Source of the DNA: Eledone cirrhosa
Lineage: Eukaryota
Direction: 5' to 3'
Length of the DNA: 64,000 bases
Assembly (NCBI GenBank): GCA_964016885.1
Contig: OZ024740.1
Coordinates: forward strand, 253,022,001-253,086,000
Shown here: positions 25,601 through 39,417 of the stretch, one piece after another
Position numbering within the stretch: position 1 is the first letter of the stretch
Layout: each line of letters starts with the position of its first letter
Notes under the pieces: model-generated
What the model was told of the DNA's origin: nothing
Seen by the model: only the letters and a program-made list of their open reading frames with translations
The model's database searches: none
Translations under genes and position numbers: made by a program

Positions 25601-26720
25601 GAACTGTTTCAGATCTCCCGATCGGTCCGTCAAGGGTACTGTCTGTCCTCTTTTCTATACATATTGACTCTCAAGCCTTGACTACGGAAGATAGAGCTGT
25701 TACAGGGCATCCTGCTCGAACCGGGACATGGAGATGACATCACCATGATAGTGTTGGACACTTTGGAAATCGAAGTGGTTGGCACCTTCTTGGAGGAAGA
25801 TGAAAGGTTGACGTGAGCAAAACTAAACCCAAAAAGTCGATGGGCTTGCAGCTTGGCGTCCAACAGTGTCATCAGGCACTGGACAGACAGACCAGTAAAG
25901 ATGATTGGGACGAGGTTACGATCAGGGTAGCCATTCTCACCCAGAAATGGTCCGAGAGGAAGCTGGCCCTGAAAGGTTGGGCAGAGTTGGCAAATGTATA
26001 CATCGTGTCCGTCATCCACTATCACCTGCCCATTATGCCTTGCCAAATTGGAACGGCTCCTCTTGTGGAGGGTCAAGTTCCGTTGGTGAGACAGTCCATC
26101 TGCTGCCACCACCCTCTACGCAGAGGGCTGGGCATGCCATGACTAATGATGCGCAAACATGCTCTGAGGCTGCAGCATCTCCAGATATTCTGCCTAAATG
26201 GTGAACAGGTGTGGTCACCATTTGTGAGACAGGCCTTTCCGCCTCTCGTCTCTTTGACTGAGCTGCAGTCCTGGGTAAAGAAGAGACAAAAACTAGGCAG
26301 ATGGCATTTGGAATGTTGCCAGGTACTCACTGCCCTCTACCAGGCGAACATTGCAGTCAGTGAAACTTCCACTCTCGAGTTCTATAGAGAATTAATGGTG
26401 GACAAATGCAACGACGCACATGAAGAGTCTCTGGCCGTTGACAAAGTCACCGTGAATGGGCCTACTCTGAGCACATGCCTGTAAGCTGGCTAATTTGAGA
26501 GGGAGAGGGGTGTCCTCGAGAGCGTCAGGTGGTTTGGGATTGGTAGGGTACCGGAGTCCCTTCTGGGTGGTCCTCCCCCACTGGGGAATTTATTTTGTTA
26601 TATTTTTTGTACATGTTCATTGTTAATTTTTGTTATTGTGTATTTTTACTCTATTTTATTGTAAACCCCCACTGTCTTTGTATTGTCTCCTATATGTCGG
26701 ACCTTGTGGCTAATACTAAT
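22640..26720 (+). mobile_element. L1/Tx1-clade LINE, heavily decayed
   Basis: Low-complexity ORF1 with Zn-knuckle remnant (CREKTHCKAFCP); endonuclease remnant at ~24250 (LGCLNV); RT motifs NFRPITLLNTE..LAKRL and LINLDQSKSFDR; 3' region shared with 30590-31790. Confidence 0.75.
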
Positions 26721-26929
26721 AAATGGAACCATTATTGTGGCTAATAAATGGAACCATTATTGTTATTCCTGCTAACTTTAGCTTTGCCTTTCATTCTTAG
26801 GCGGGGGGCGGTCAATAAAATAAAGTGCCTGTAATGCACTGGGGTCAATTTAATCGACTTTCCCCTCACCCCAAATTACTGGCCATGTGCCTATAGTAGA
26901 AATCATCATTATTACTATTATTTCCATCA

Positions 26930-28065
26930 TTATTTTTATTGCGCATCATTACTGCTTTACAGAGCACAGCTCTGTTCGCCTTGGGTATGAGAGTGTAGTT
27001 TTTGCTGGTATTGTTTCTATTGTATTGATAGTACTTTTCGTAATATGTGTGCAGTGCCTAGTAGTGCTATCTTTTGTATGCTGTATATATTTGTAAGTCC
27101 TGAGGTTTTGGCTATGTGTTTTTTTTTTATCATTTCCAGAGCACCTATTATTTTAGGTATTGTTTCTGTTTTCATTTTCCACATTCAAGTTATTTCTATC
27201 TCTAGATCTTTATATGTGGAGAGTTTTTAGCAGTGGAGTATAATAGTAATATCGACACGAGTAATATAATAATTGTTTCTACTTTTGGCACAAGGCCAGC
27301 CATTACCCAGTGTATTACTGGTACTTTATTTTATCTTAATATAATAATGAATAATAATTGTTTCTACTTTAGGCACAAGGCCAGCAAATACCCAGTTCAT
27401 TACTGGTACTTTATTTTATCGACCCCGTAAGGATGAAAGGCAAAGTCAACCTCGGCGGGATTTGAACTCAGATCGTAAAGGGACGTAACTATGCTGGAAA
27501 GCATGGCGTCCGACCCTCTACCGATACTGCCAATCCACCCCCCGTTGATAATAATGAATAATAATGTCGGCAAGAATATTGATAATGAATGTTTATTTGT
27601 TGTAGTGAGAAAGAGACAAAGTTATCCACAAAGTAAATGCTTGTTGAATTGGATAGTTAAAGTTAACAATATAAAGGTTATAAAAAGAATGTGGCATTGT
27701 GCCAGGCCCAAGGAAGGCCGACAGGCCAAAGTGCAAATCTCACCGTTAGATTATCGCGTGTTCATCTCTCAGAGTCTCAAGCAGCAAGAGAGAGATTCTT
27801 GAATCGACAGGGGAATTTTTTCCCTCTGGGTGAAGTCGAAATACATTCTCCTACGCTGGAGGCGATTGGCTGAACTGAGTCAAACAACGCGGGGAGAATG
27901 TATTCATGAGCCCTCGGAATGTAGGTCACTACAAGTTTCTCTATTTCCTTGGAAGATATATTGCCATCTGTAGGGATTGATACATTTATTAGAAGGCATT
28001 TTTTTTCTTTGTGGTCTTTGACTATAATATCTGGTCGGTCGACCTTGATCTCTCTGTCTGTATTA
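26930..28065 (-). mobile_element. Fragments of RLE-type (R4/Dong-like) LINE 3' ends interleaved with SINE pieces
   Basis: Minus strand reads QKIALLGTAHITKS (~27035-27080) and DREIKVDRPDIIVKD..KCLLINVSIP (~27960-28060). Confidence 0.55.
27355..27542 (-). mobile_element. tRNA-derived SINE (family A, Nin-like core), full length
   Basis: Reverse complement of the 40280-40492 unit; B-box GAGTTCAAATCC; core GCCTTTCATCCTTACGGGGTCGATAAA. Confidence 0.8.
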
Positions 28066-28089
28066 TTATTATTATGTTATTTCATTTAG

Positions 28090-30560
28090 ATCTGTTCTGT
28101 TTCTCTATTGCCGGGTTCAGGCCTTGAAGCTAGGGCAATAGAGGTTTTCATTGTAGGCAGAGAACTCGTCTGAGAATGTGTGCTGTTCCTAGTAGCCCGA
28201 TCTTCTGTAGCTCATATTTGCTGATCTTGCAGGGAAGGACGCTAAGGTGCGGGTCTGTTGATTTCTGTATTAATCCTAATGCTCCTATTACCACAGGGAT
28301 AATGTTTGTTTGGGGTCATCCTCCACATGAGGTTGATCTCTATTTCCAGGTCTATCTATTTTGACAGTTTTTCCATTGTTTTTATAGATGTATTCTTGTC
28401 AGATGGTACAAAATATCTATAAGGCTACATGTCCGATCTGTTTTGTTTTATATGATGATATCTGGTCTGTCAGCAGCGATTTCTTGGTCAGTTATGACAG
28501 GCATATCCCACAAGATGGATATGTTGCCATTTTCCATGACTGTTTTTGGTTGATGTTCATACCATTTGTTAGAAGTTTGGATGTCATGAGAGTAGCAGAG
28601 CATCCAGTGCACATATTTAGCAATGCGGTTGTGTCTTTTGTTTTAGTCAGTTTTTTCCCAGCTCTGGCCACCCGGAGGTAACATGATTACCGTTTCTTCA
28701 TGTTTGTAGCATATTCTGCATAGAGGGCTAGTCCCATCTTTCACTTCTGTGTCTATAGGCCCGAGTGTTTAGAGATTTGTCTTGTGCAGCAACTAAGAGT
28801 CCCTCAGTCTATGCTTTCAAACCAGCACTTCTGAGCCAGGATAGTGAGCCATGCTAATCGATATCATTGTCAGAAAGTCATTCTGGGAATCTACCCTGTA
28901 GTGGTTTTGCCTTGCATTCACAGTTTAGTTCCTCTGTTTGGAGTTTCTTTGCTTTGATCTTCAGTCATAGCTAGTTGTGCAGCACTTGGTTGTTGATTTT
29001 CTATGGGTATGTCTTGTTCCATGTTCAGGTTTTTCCTAAATTTTCTTGCCTCTTTTGTTATTGAGTGTAGTTTCTTAATTTGTTCATGCTTTTGTACAGG
29101 TATAAGGAGTTCATTTCGGGTGTGGTGGAGGTAGCTATCCAATCCAATGGTTGCTGTTTTGTATGCAGCCTCCAGTTGTCAGAGCCCCCTTCCACCTTCT
29201 CTCCTTGAGATATACAGCCTATGTAAATTGGCTTTAGGGTGGTGCATTTTTTCCGTTGTCAATAGTTTCCTTGTCTTAGTGTCCAACCTTTGTAGTTCTT
29301 GCAGGTTCCAGTTTATGATGTTAAAGCTCTATGTTACAACTTGTACTACTAGACTGTTAATGGCTTTGAACTTGTTGCAGGAGTTTAGCTCACTTTTTAT
29401 TACCAGTCTCACTCTCCTTATGTACTCCTTCCGTATCTTTTCCTTCATACTTGCATACTGGATTCCATCTCTTCATTAACTCCAAGATATTTGTAGAACT
29501 TTTCATTGTTAAGTTACTTTGTGGTAGTTTGTTGGTCTATGACAATATCTTTATGGTTAGAGAGCAACCCTCTCTTGAATGTAGCTTTTGCACACTTGTC
29601 CAGTCCATATTCTATATGGATGTCCTCACTGAATTATTTCACTGTGTGCAGTAATCCTTCCAGCTGCCCATCACTGTTTCCAAATAGTTTGATATCATCC
29701 ATATAAAGAAGGTGACTATAGTGTCTGTTGTCTATTTTATATCGATAGCCTGTCCTCCGCAGTAACTGACTTAACAAAGCAAGTGACATACAGAACAGCA
29801 AAGGAGACAATGGAATATTCCATGATTAATCTAGATCTACCTAGATTCCAGTGGTTCGTTGTGGTGTTGAAGGACCATCGTAGTTTTCCAGCCTGTCTTC
29901 ATTGCCTTCAGGAAAATTGTGATCTTGGGTGATATGTGATACATTTCTAGTGTCTTTATGATCCATGAATAAGGTACGCTGTTGAATGCCTTCTTGTAGT
30001 CTATCCAGGCCATTGACAGGTTTTTTTTTTCTGTTTGCAGTTTTCTGATTCCACCCATAACTCCCTTCGTTTACAGCTGTTTTGTTCAGGTGGCAATAGA
30101 TCTCCACAGACGAGGTAATTGTAATGTGATGGCTTTGTACATTGTTGGGAGACATGTAATTGGTCTGTAGTTTTGGGGGGATTCTGTGCATTCATTCTTC
30201 GGTAGAAGATACTTTATGCCAGTTGTCATTCACTTTCGGATGTCTCTTGGGTTTGCTACAATCCTGGAAAATTCAACAGCCAAGGCTTCATAGAGCACAT
30301 CCAGATGTTTCAGCCAGAAATACTGCACGTCATCTCTGCTCAGTGATTTCTAGTTTCCAACATTGTTGACTGTTGTTTTTAATCCTTGTGAGATGATCTC
30401 ATTCCATTCTTGGGTGCAAGCAGGGATTTCCAATTGTTCCAGCTATGTGGCATTGGAGTTGTGGTTTTGAGCTTTTTCCCAGATATTGCCCCCAAATGTT
30501 CAACCTCATCAAGCTCATGTGGTTGCCTTATTTCATTATTTTTCTTACCTAACTATCTGT
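28090..30560 (-). mobile_element. R4/Dong-like RLE LINE, decayed
   Basis: MAWIDYKKAFNSVPYSWI, HLLYMDDIKLF and C-terminal LLGTAHIL motifs on the minus strand. Confidence 0.75.
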
Positions 30561-30589
30561 AAAATTATTATTATTACCATTATTATTGA

Positions 30590-31790
30590 AAAGTTGGGCA
30601 GAGATGGCGAACATGTTCATAGTGTCCATCATCTACTACTGCCTGACCATTGTGCCTTGCTCCCATTCATGCCTAGGCAATTTGAAATGGCTTCTCTTCA
30701 ACTTGTCTAGGGGACAGGTTCCATTGGTCAGCTGGTCCATCTGCTGCCAGGACCCTCTACATGGAGGGTTTAGCATGCCGTTGCTAATGATGCACAAACA
30801 TGCACTGAGGCTGTGGCATCTCCAGATATTCTGCCTAAACAGTGAACAGGTGTGGTCGCCATTTGTAAGACAGGCCTTTCCGCAGCTCGTCTCTTTGACT
30901 GAGTTGCAGTCCTCGGTCAAGAAAAGACCGGGACTGGGTGCCTGGCATCTGGAATGTTGCCAGGTGCTCACTGCCCTCTATCAGGTGGGTAATGTGGTCG
31001 GTGAAACTTCCACTCTCGAGTTCTATAAAGGATTAGTAGTGGGCAACTGCAACAACATATTCGGAAAGGCTCTGGGTGTTGACAAAGTCAAACTGACCAG
31101 TAGTGCTATTGGGGGGACACTGCCAGTTCGAGGTAAACTCTACAGGCATCGAACTGCTGTCAGATGAACATGCATTTTCCCAGTGTGGAGTTATGTCAAA
31201 CAGCTGTTGTTGCATTTAGGTACAGATCTGGCTATTGACCGAGTCCATAGTGAGGATCGCCCCACCACCTTCTTTTGGACGAGAAGGTAGGCAGTTTTCT
31301 TCTCTCTGGTGGCAGTAGCGAAAGAGGTTGTATGTTGAACCAGGTTGAAAGGACTGAAGACAGACACTTTTCTCTTCGGCCAATCCCTCATCAAGTTTTT
31401 CAAGTTTCACTTAGAAAAGAAGTTGAGGGTGGAGAGAGAAGAGCTGCCACCCAGTATATTTGCTAAAAGGTGGGTGAATGTGGTGAGAATGGCCCGTGTA
31501 AATGGGCCTATTCTGAGCATTCACCTGTAGGCTGTTGTTTGATTTGAGGATGAGAGAGAGGTGCATTTCCCCAGAGCTCTTGAGGCATTGGGTGGTTTTG
31601 GATTGGTGGGGTACCTAAGTCACACATGGGTGGTTCTCCCCCATATTGGGGAATTTTTATTGTAATTTTATTGCTAATTGTTTTTGTTAATTTGTTTTTG
31701 TTTTTACACAATTTTATTGTAAACCGCCACTGTCCCTGTCTTTTTGTATAGTCTCCTATATGTAGGCCCTAGTGGCTATTACATAAATCA
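30590..31790 (+). mobile_element. L1/Tx1-clade LINE 3' fragment (same family as 22640-26720)
   Basis: ORF 30586-31167 closely matches 25970-26450 (HALRL..LQIFCLN.EQVWSPFVRQAFP). Confidence 0.75.
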
Positions 31791-32199
31791 TTATTATTAA
31801 TAAAATAAAGTTCCAATAATGCACTGGGATAATTATTGGCGTAGTGCCAAAAGTAGAAACAATTATTATTATTATTGGCGCTTTACATCAGCTCCGGTAA
31901 AATTTTCATTATTTCTTTAAATTTCAACCGTATCTAACCTTTTGTTCAAGTTTAGAAAAACTGACCTGCTTGGCACAGGTGGGTCAGTCATGCTCATCAC
32001 CCCGAAGGGGTGTCAGCTTTGTACAATTTTGCAATTTTTATTTTTATTTCGTCAATATTTTTATGATGGATGCTACAGAATAGAAATAACATAGCGAAGT
32101 ATGTAATAGAGAGAGGGAGATGCTGTCATCACTTGACTTGGAGAAGAAAGATGACAACATCTGTATAATGGAGATGAATTTGGAGGTGAAAACAATATC

Positions 32200-33370
32200 A
32201 TTGTGAATGATATTGTTTTAAGGACAAAAAATATAGACAGTTCCAACTGGAATAGTAATGCCAACAACAACAAAGACAATAATAAAAACAACAGCAATGG
32301 AAATGAGGTGATAAACAAGACCACCAGAAAAAATAACCAAAATGAGGATAACAACAGCAAACACAACTATGAAAAGGAGATCAATAACAATAAGAACAAC
32401 AACAATAAAAGCACCAATAATATCAGCGAAAATAACAACAGCATCAACAACAACAAAAAACGAACTAACGAACAAACCAGTTAATAGTACTAACAGAGCT
32501 TCTTTTGCTAGTGCCATCAAGTTGTCTTTCAGGATAATAAACTTTTTCTGAAGATGAAATAAAAAACCTTGTATAAAAGACTGCTCATATTGTCAGCCTT
32601 CTTGAGACCACCCTTGAAACAATTCATAACACGATACGTCACACAGTGACATTGTGTTATTGCGTTGAAAATGAGGAAGGTAGAGAGAGCCACAGAGGCT
32701 AATAACCAGAAGGCTTTAGGTTCTGTATGGAACCTAAAAACCTATCTACAAAGAGCCAGTATGGTAGAGGCGAGATTTGCTATGGAGGAAGAAGCAAGAT
32801 GTCACTCCATGGAGTCCTTACAGAGTGATGAGATCCTGCTCATTCTGTTCTACTGCAGAATGAGGTTTATAAGGATTAAAGTTTTGCAAATACCACTGGA
32901 AATTGCTGTTCCTTGGCTAATAGCTGTAGTCACAGTAGGTATTGAAGAAAATTCCCAAATCCTCAAGGTCTACCAGACTAACAAAGAAAATTGGTTAGGA
33001 ATGGGGGTTGAAATCCTTATGCAAACAACGCAAAGGAATGTAGATGCAATCTCCAAGTAAATACATCTTCCAGGCAATATAATTTTACGAATTCATGTAG
33101 AAGGGAAGAAAGCCAGATGTCTCAACTGTCTTTCCACAAACCACTTAAGAGCTTTCTGCCCTTCACCTAAAGGAAGGGAAAAAAAGCCTCCACTCCTACC
33201 AACACCAAAATCCTCACCACCAACAATTACCACCAAACCCAGGCAACAGTAACATCAATGCAAGTACCAGCAATAAAATCAAATAAAACAGAAAAGCAGC
33301 ACCACCAAGACCAGAACCAACATATCCAGCAACAACAACACCCATTGAGGACATGCCACTCCTCAACATC
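32200..33370 (+). mobile_element. L1/Tx1-like ORF1 fragment with Asn-rich low-complexity start
   Basis: AAC-rich tract 32240-32480; SFASAI motif; Zn knuckle RCLNCLSTNHLRAFCP at ~33115. Confidence 0.55.
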
Positions 33371-33374
33371 ACAC

Positions 33375-35963
33375 AATCTGATGCTGTTCTTTGCAGTCAC
33401 ACAACTTTGATGCTGTTCTTTGCAGTCTTAATGTGGGTAGAGAAACTATTCCCGTTCTTTCCATCTATCGTAGTCCTAATTCTACAACAGATGAAGATCA
33501 GAGTCTCATTAATGCAATGAAAGCTGTCTCAAGATGTCCAAATGACTGTCTTATACTCGAGGATTTTAATGCCCCAGCTATAGATGAACTCAAATGTGTG
33601 CATGTCCTACAATAACTTCGACCAACTATTGCTCGATACGACAGAAGAATGTTTCATCTGCCAGCATGTTACAAAACCGACAAGGGCTCGAAGTGGTCAA
33701 CGACTCTCGTTACTAGATCTTATCTTCTGTTATCCTAGATCCGTATTGTCTCTGCAAGTTCTGTCTCCACTTGGGAAAAGCGATCATGCAGTACTGAGCT
33801 TTAGCATGCATACTTCGCTTGCACCGCCTCCCATTTTGAATCAGCTGAATAGAATATTTGCTGCTATGAATCATCATCTTATCCAAATGGCCTCCGACGA
33901 GATAAATTGGCGCAGTCTAACTGAAAATCAGTCTGTTGAAACTTTATGGAAAGAAATAAAGAAAATTCTACTTGGGCTAACAGAAATGGCAGTGCCGCTG
34001 AGAACGCCAAAATGCAAGAAACCTGGTTAACAAAGACAATTATCCACGAACGGAAGTTAAGAAACGCTGTTTGGGGGCACTATCAAGAGACCATGTCTGC
34101 GGCGGTATTTGAAGTCTACAGAAAGCAGCAAAATCATGTCGAGCATATTTCCAGAATTGGAAGGCAAAATTTTGAAAGGGAACTTGCAAATGATGCCGGT
34201 CGTAATCCAAAGCGCTTTTACGCTCACATGCAGAGAAATCAAAAACTGAATAACCAAATTGTCACTCTCCGAAACCCTGAAAGTCTAGTTATTGAACACG
34301 CTGACCAACAAGCTTCTTTTTTTGCTGATGTTTTCGCAAATATCTTCAAAGAGGACGATGGCAGAGAACCTCCAAATCTAAACATGATCGGCCCACCAAT
34401 GCAGCCAACCACCGTCAGACCGGACGAGGTGGAAAAGTTGCTTTTGTCCTTAGATGTGAATAAGGGGCATGGTCCAGACGGTCTACATCCAGCAATTTTG
34501 GGTGCAGTTGCACCCAACCTTGCTAAACCTCTAGCCACACTATTCAACCTATCAGCTTCTGGAGTTGTTCCTGCCGACTGGAAAGTAGCTACAATTTTCC
34601 CTATCTTTAAAAAAGGTGACAAAGAAGACCCGGGGAACTACAGACCCGTGAGCCTCACCTCAATTGTCTGTAAGGCCTTGGAATCTCTAATCAAGCGGGC
34701 AATTATGGCTCATCTTGCGTCTTTCACTGCCATCTCTCCATCTCAACACAGTTTCATCCCGAAATATTCCTGTTTCACAAACCTACTCGTGATGGAAGAA
34801 TGGGTGACGAGGATAATAGACGATGGAGATGCGGCCGATATTGTCTTTCTCTACTTTGCCAAAGCCTTTGACTCTGTCAACCACTGCCTGCTCAGCAACT
34901 ATGGTCTCCATGACTCGATTATAAAGTGGATTGGATCATTTCTTGAGGGTCGTACTTGCAGAGTTCGGATCAATGGCAGTCTGTCATCGGGGGTGGGTGT
35001 AGGCAGTGGCGTTCCCCAGAGCTTTGTGTTGGGCCCAATTCTCTTCCTTCTATACATCAACGACATGCGTGATTGGTGGAAACGTGCTCCTATTTGCAGA
35101 TGATGTGAAAATGGTAGCCCGTAGGAGCGAGATCGACAATCTCAAGTCCAGCCTCCAGCGCGCCTGGAGTTGGTCCATTGACTGTGATTTATACCTCAAT
35201 GTCGATAAGTGTTGCCATATGGCAGTGGGTACACCTTATAACTCAGCTCTTACCTGCAACGGTGGCACTGCTCCTTTGAAGGAGGTTGAGGAGACTAAAG
35301 ATCTTGGTCTGCTGGTCGACTCATCCTTCAAACCATCAAAACATTGCATTCAAGCCGCAAACAAGGCAAGGAGCTCTCTTTTTCTTATTCGACGCTCCTT
35401 TGCCAAACTCACTCCAGAAATTTTCAGGCCTCTCTATGTAGCCCTCGTGAGACCGCACCTAGAATATGGCATCCAAGCATCAAACCCATATCTCATCCGG
35501 GATATCCATCACTTGGAGAGAGTTCAACGACTAGCGACTCGAATGGTACAGGGTCTTCATGAGCTGCCCTACGAAAGCCGGCTGCAGAAGCTGAACCTCT
35601 TCTCCTTGGAGCGTCGACGGCTACGAGGCGATCTCATTTTGGCTTACAATCTCTTCAATGGCCATTACGATCTCCTTCAAGATCTCCTATTCACTCCGGC
35701 ACTTGAAAGGGGTCTACGTGGACATGACAAAAAGCTGTTTCACCGATGCTTTCGCCTAAATAGACGGAAAGCTGCTTTCTCGATCCGCATCTCTGGACTC
35801 TGGAATCGGCTTCCAGAAGAAGTAGTCAACAATTCAAGGCAAAATTGGACCGGTGTTAGACCACTGTGTTTCCAACTGTGTAAATTTTGCCCCTCTCCCC
35901 TCCTTACATGGCATCTGAAGCATCTATGTTTTATTTTCTGCCAAATATATTGAATTGAATTGA
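33375..35963 (+). mobile_element. CR1-clade LINE, 5'-truncated within the endonuclease, frameshifted
   Basis: SIYRSP, EDFNAP, SDHAVL; RT NYRPVSLTSIVCK, FAKAFDSV, GVPQ..LGPILFLLYIND, LFADD; YVALVRPHLEY; (TTGAA)n tail at 35950-35963. Confidence 0.9.
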
Positions 35964-36029
35964 AAAATACCGAGTGTCAACCTGGCACCTGTGGCAAAAT
36001 TTGATAATACACACAAATATTGTCACAAG

Positions 36030-39000
36030 GGCACAAACAACAGTAAACATCCTTGCAAAGTTTTTAAATTGATAATGCTCTTCCCAGGACATGGGCAGTG
36101 CCAGTCAGCACTATTTTCTCTATCTTTTGCAGAGATGGCTATCCAGGTATCCGGTCCAAATATTTTTCAGTACCCTTTTTTATCATTCCAAGTGCACCAA
36201 CTATCTCTGATAGATCTTTATACTTACTGAGCTTTCTGAACTCTTTTGAGGAAATGTTATGATCTGATGGAATGCTCATACCAATTAAGAAACGTTTTCT
36301 ATTTATGGTCCTTCACAATTATATCAGATCTGTTGGCTTTGATTGTTCTGTCAGTATTCACAGGAAAATCCCAGAGGGTTGTTGCATTCTCGCCTCCTGT
36401 TATGCCATCTGGGTGATGATTGTACCAGTTTCCCTCCATTTTCAGACCATAAAGTTTGTACATTACTCAGTGTATGTATTGCCCCACTCTATCATGCCCG
36501 TTTTATATTCCTGGGCAGCTAATACCCTACAGCCTAAAATGAGGTGGTCAACAGTCTCAACATGCTCATCACAGAATCAACACTTTTGGTCAGTTCCATT
36601 TCTGATCACGTTGGCTTGAAAGTTGCACGTTGGGAGATACTGGTCTTGTGCAACCAAAATGAAGCCCTCACACATTGCCTTTAACACAGAACTCTGCAGC
36701 CACTGATGGATGAGAGCTTGGTCTACATCAGGTTCTTTGCTACAGAGAACTTACTGCCCATGCAGTGGTTTTGGCTCCCATTTAGTGCACAGTCTCTGTT
36801 GGCTTTCATGTTTTGTTAACACTTTGATATTCTTTGCAGCTTTAATTGCAGAATCGCCGTTATTATTTTCAAACTGTATTCCTAGTTCTTCTGCAAACTT
36901 CTTACGTTCCTTTGTGGTTGAAAGTAACCTCTTCCTCCATTCGTGGACAGCAACCATTTTCATCATCCAATCATCTGTGGTTTTAAGGTACTGAGTAAGT
37001 CCAATGGTTGATATCCTGTAGCTGGATCAGTCCTCTACCTCCATTTTATCTAGGGAGATAGTGGCGATCCACATCTGCTTTTGGGTGATGTATTCTATTA
37101 GAGGTTTCCTTATTTTGGTGTCCATTCTCTTAATTTCGTTAACATTCCAATTTATAATATCCAAACTCCATCCCCACAACATTGCTGAACACCTTGACTC
37201 TCTTCAGCAGTCCTTCCAGTTCACTGTTGTTTTTAGCATACAGCTTCAAGTTATCCATATAAACCAGGTGATTTATTGTTTTGCTGTCTATTTTGTAGCC
37301 ATATTTTGTTTTGTTGAATTCTAAAGACAGCGGTGTGAGTACTATGCAAAATATCAGAGGAGAAAACAATCACCCTGAAAAATACTACAGTTAGTACTAT
37401 GCTGTTGGAATTTATAATCCCATCACTGTGTAGCAATGATTCGTTTGTATTCCATAGAGATATGTATTTCAGGAAGTTTGTTATTACTGGGGAAATCTTC
37501 AGAACATCCAAAGTTTTCAAAGTCCATGTGTGGGGATCACTGTCAAATGCTTTCTTATAGTTAATCGAAGCAGTACTCAGGTTTCTATACTTTTTATGAC
37601 AGTTTTCCAGAATCATGTGGTTAATGAGAAGTTGCTCTTTGGACCCGTAAGACCCATGGCGACAGCCTTTCTGCTCAATAGGGAATAGATGATTTTCATC
37701 CATATGTTTGTAGGTTGTCTCAGTCAAGATTTATGTGAAAATTTTGTATGATGTGGGAAGACAAGTGATAGGACGATAATTTTTTTGAGTATTTCTTTCT
37801 GTCGATTTTGGCAAGAGATATGTTATACCTTGTGCAAACCAATCAGGGTTTTTTCAGGGTTGTGCATAATTTCGTTATAACGTTTTACCAACATATGGGT
37901 AAAAGTTAGAGAAGATAACCAGAAGTTTGGCATGTTATCAACGCCAAGGGATTTCCATTTGTTTGCTTTCTTTAATGCCAACTCCAGTTCTTCCAAAGTT
38001 ATGTCTTGCCAAGTTTCTCTGTCTAAGTTATTGTATGTTTCTTTATCCATTCTGCATTTGCATTATGGGATTTTTCTGTATTCCATACTGTTTTCCAGAA
38101 TTCTTGGTTCCTATACTTGAATTATCTGTGTCCCAATTTCCCTATGAATTTTTTCACATCAGACATAGACAGCTTATTTTGACTGTAAAACTTCATTTTT
38201 CAAATCTTTTGATTCTTTGAGATTTAAAGGTTTTTAGGATTGATAGAATATCAGGTTTTGAAGTTACATTGTATTTCTTAATCACTTTCCTTCCTTTTCT
38301 TGACTTAATAGACTCCCCAGCATATATCTCATCCAGGATTGATATTTCTCTCCTCATCATTTCAATTTCTTTCTTAATTTTTAACTTCCAGGGTGGTTTT
38401 TTTGTGAGTGTTGTCTTTTTTGTTTTTTCTTTAACCCACATTCCTCTCTATTACTGTTGCTGCTGCATAAATAACCTCATTTAATTCTGATATACAGGCT
38501 CTGTCTCCTCAATTATTGCTTTAACAATCTGATGTCCAGTTCTTATGTTTTTTGTTCTAGTTGTTGCTTGTCAATTTTTGCAAGGGCTCTCTTTTTTTCT
38601 TGTTTTGTTTTTTCTATCTAATCTTTATGTTCATGAGTAGAGAAGTACCTCATCCATATTGTGAATCTGTCTTTCAGCTTGACCCTGCTGCTCTATTGTG
38701 TTTCTGATAACCTCAATGTTCTATAAAATCTCTCCTGGTGACAACATAGTCAATACCTTTTGTGGTGTCTCTTCTGTCCACATATTCATTTCTGATATTG
38801 GTATTTTCAAATCTTCTTCAACTCTCGTCTTAATTTCACTTAACTCTGCATCTGTTATATCTGTTATACTCTTCTTGAATTCATTTAGTACGTTGAGATT
38901 TTTGTGTGTCTTGTGGTGCTGAACTTGAAGGGCTTGGGTTGAGATTATTCTCGTTCAAGTGACCATTCAAGTCTGTATTTGGGGAAGAGCTCATTTCAGC

Positions 39001-39110
39001 TGCAAACTTTTCAACCCAGGGCTGATTCCTCCCTGAGAGATGCAGTCCTTGTTGACTCGGGCTTCTATTATTATAGGGATTATTTCTGTCAACATCTTCC
39101 ACATTCAAGT
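36030..39110 (-). mobile_element. R4/Dong-like RLE LINE, long decayed copy
   Basis: EQKGCRHGSYGSKEQLLIN, NYKKAFDS.PH, INHLVYMDNLKLYAK, WEPKPLHGQ. Confidence 0.8.
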
Positions 39111-39417
39111 TGTTTCTATCCCTGATCTTTTATCATCCTCATCATCACCATTTTACATCTATTTACCATGCTTGCATGGGTTAGGTGTGTTGCCACATTC
39201 TGAGGCCTGATGTGTTGGATGATTGTATCTCACTCATATGTTCCATTTTGGCATAGATTCTCCATATATTTCTATATCTTTATATTTAGATAACTTCTCC
39301 ATTTCTTTCAGAAATTTACTGTCATCTACAGGGACTGATATGTCAATTAGAAGGTATTTCTCGATTACCTGAGTGTATCAGCATGTCCCAGAAGAGATTA
39401 TTATTATTATCATTAAG

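Noticed and set aside
32203-32484. Asn-rich ORF as a host gene
   Set aside because: AAC low-complexity tract at the start of a LINE ORF1 remnant, with stops downstream
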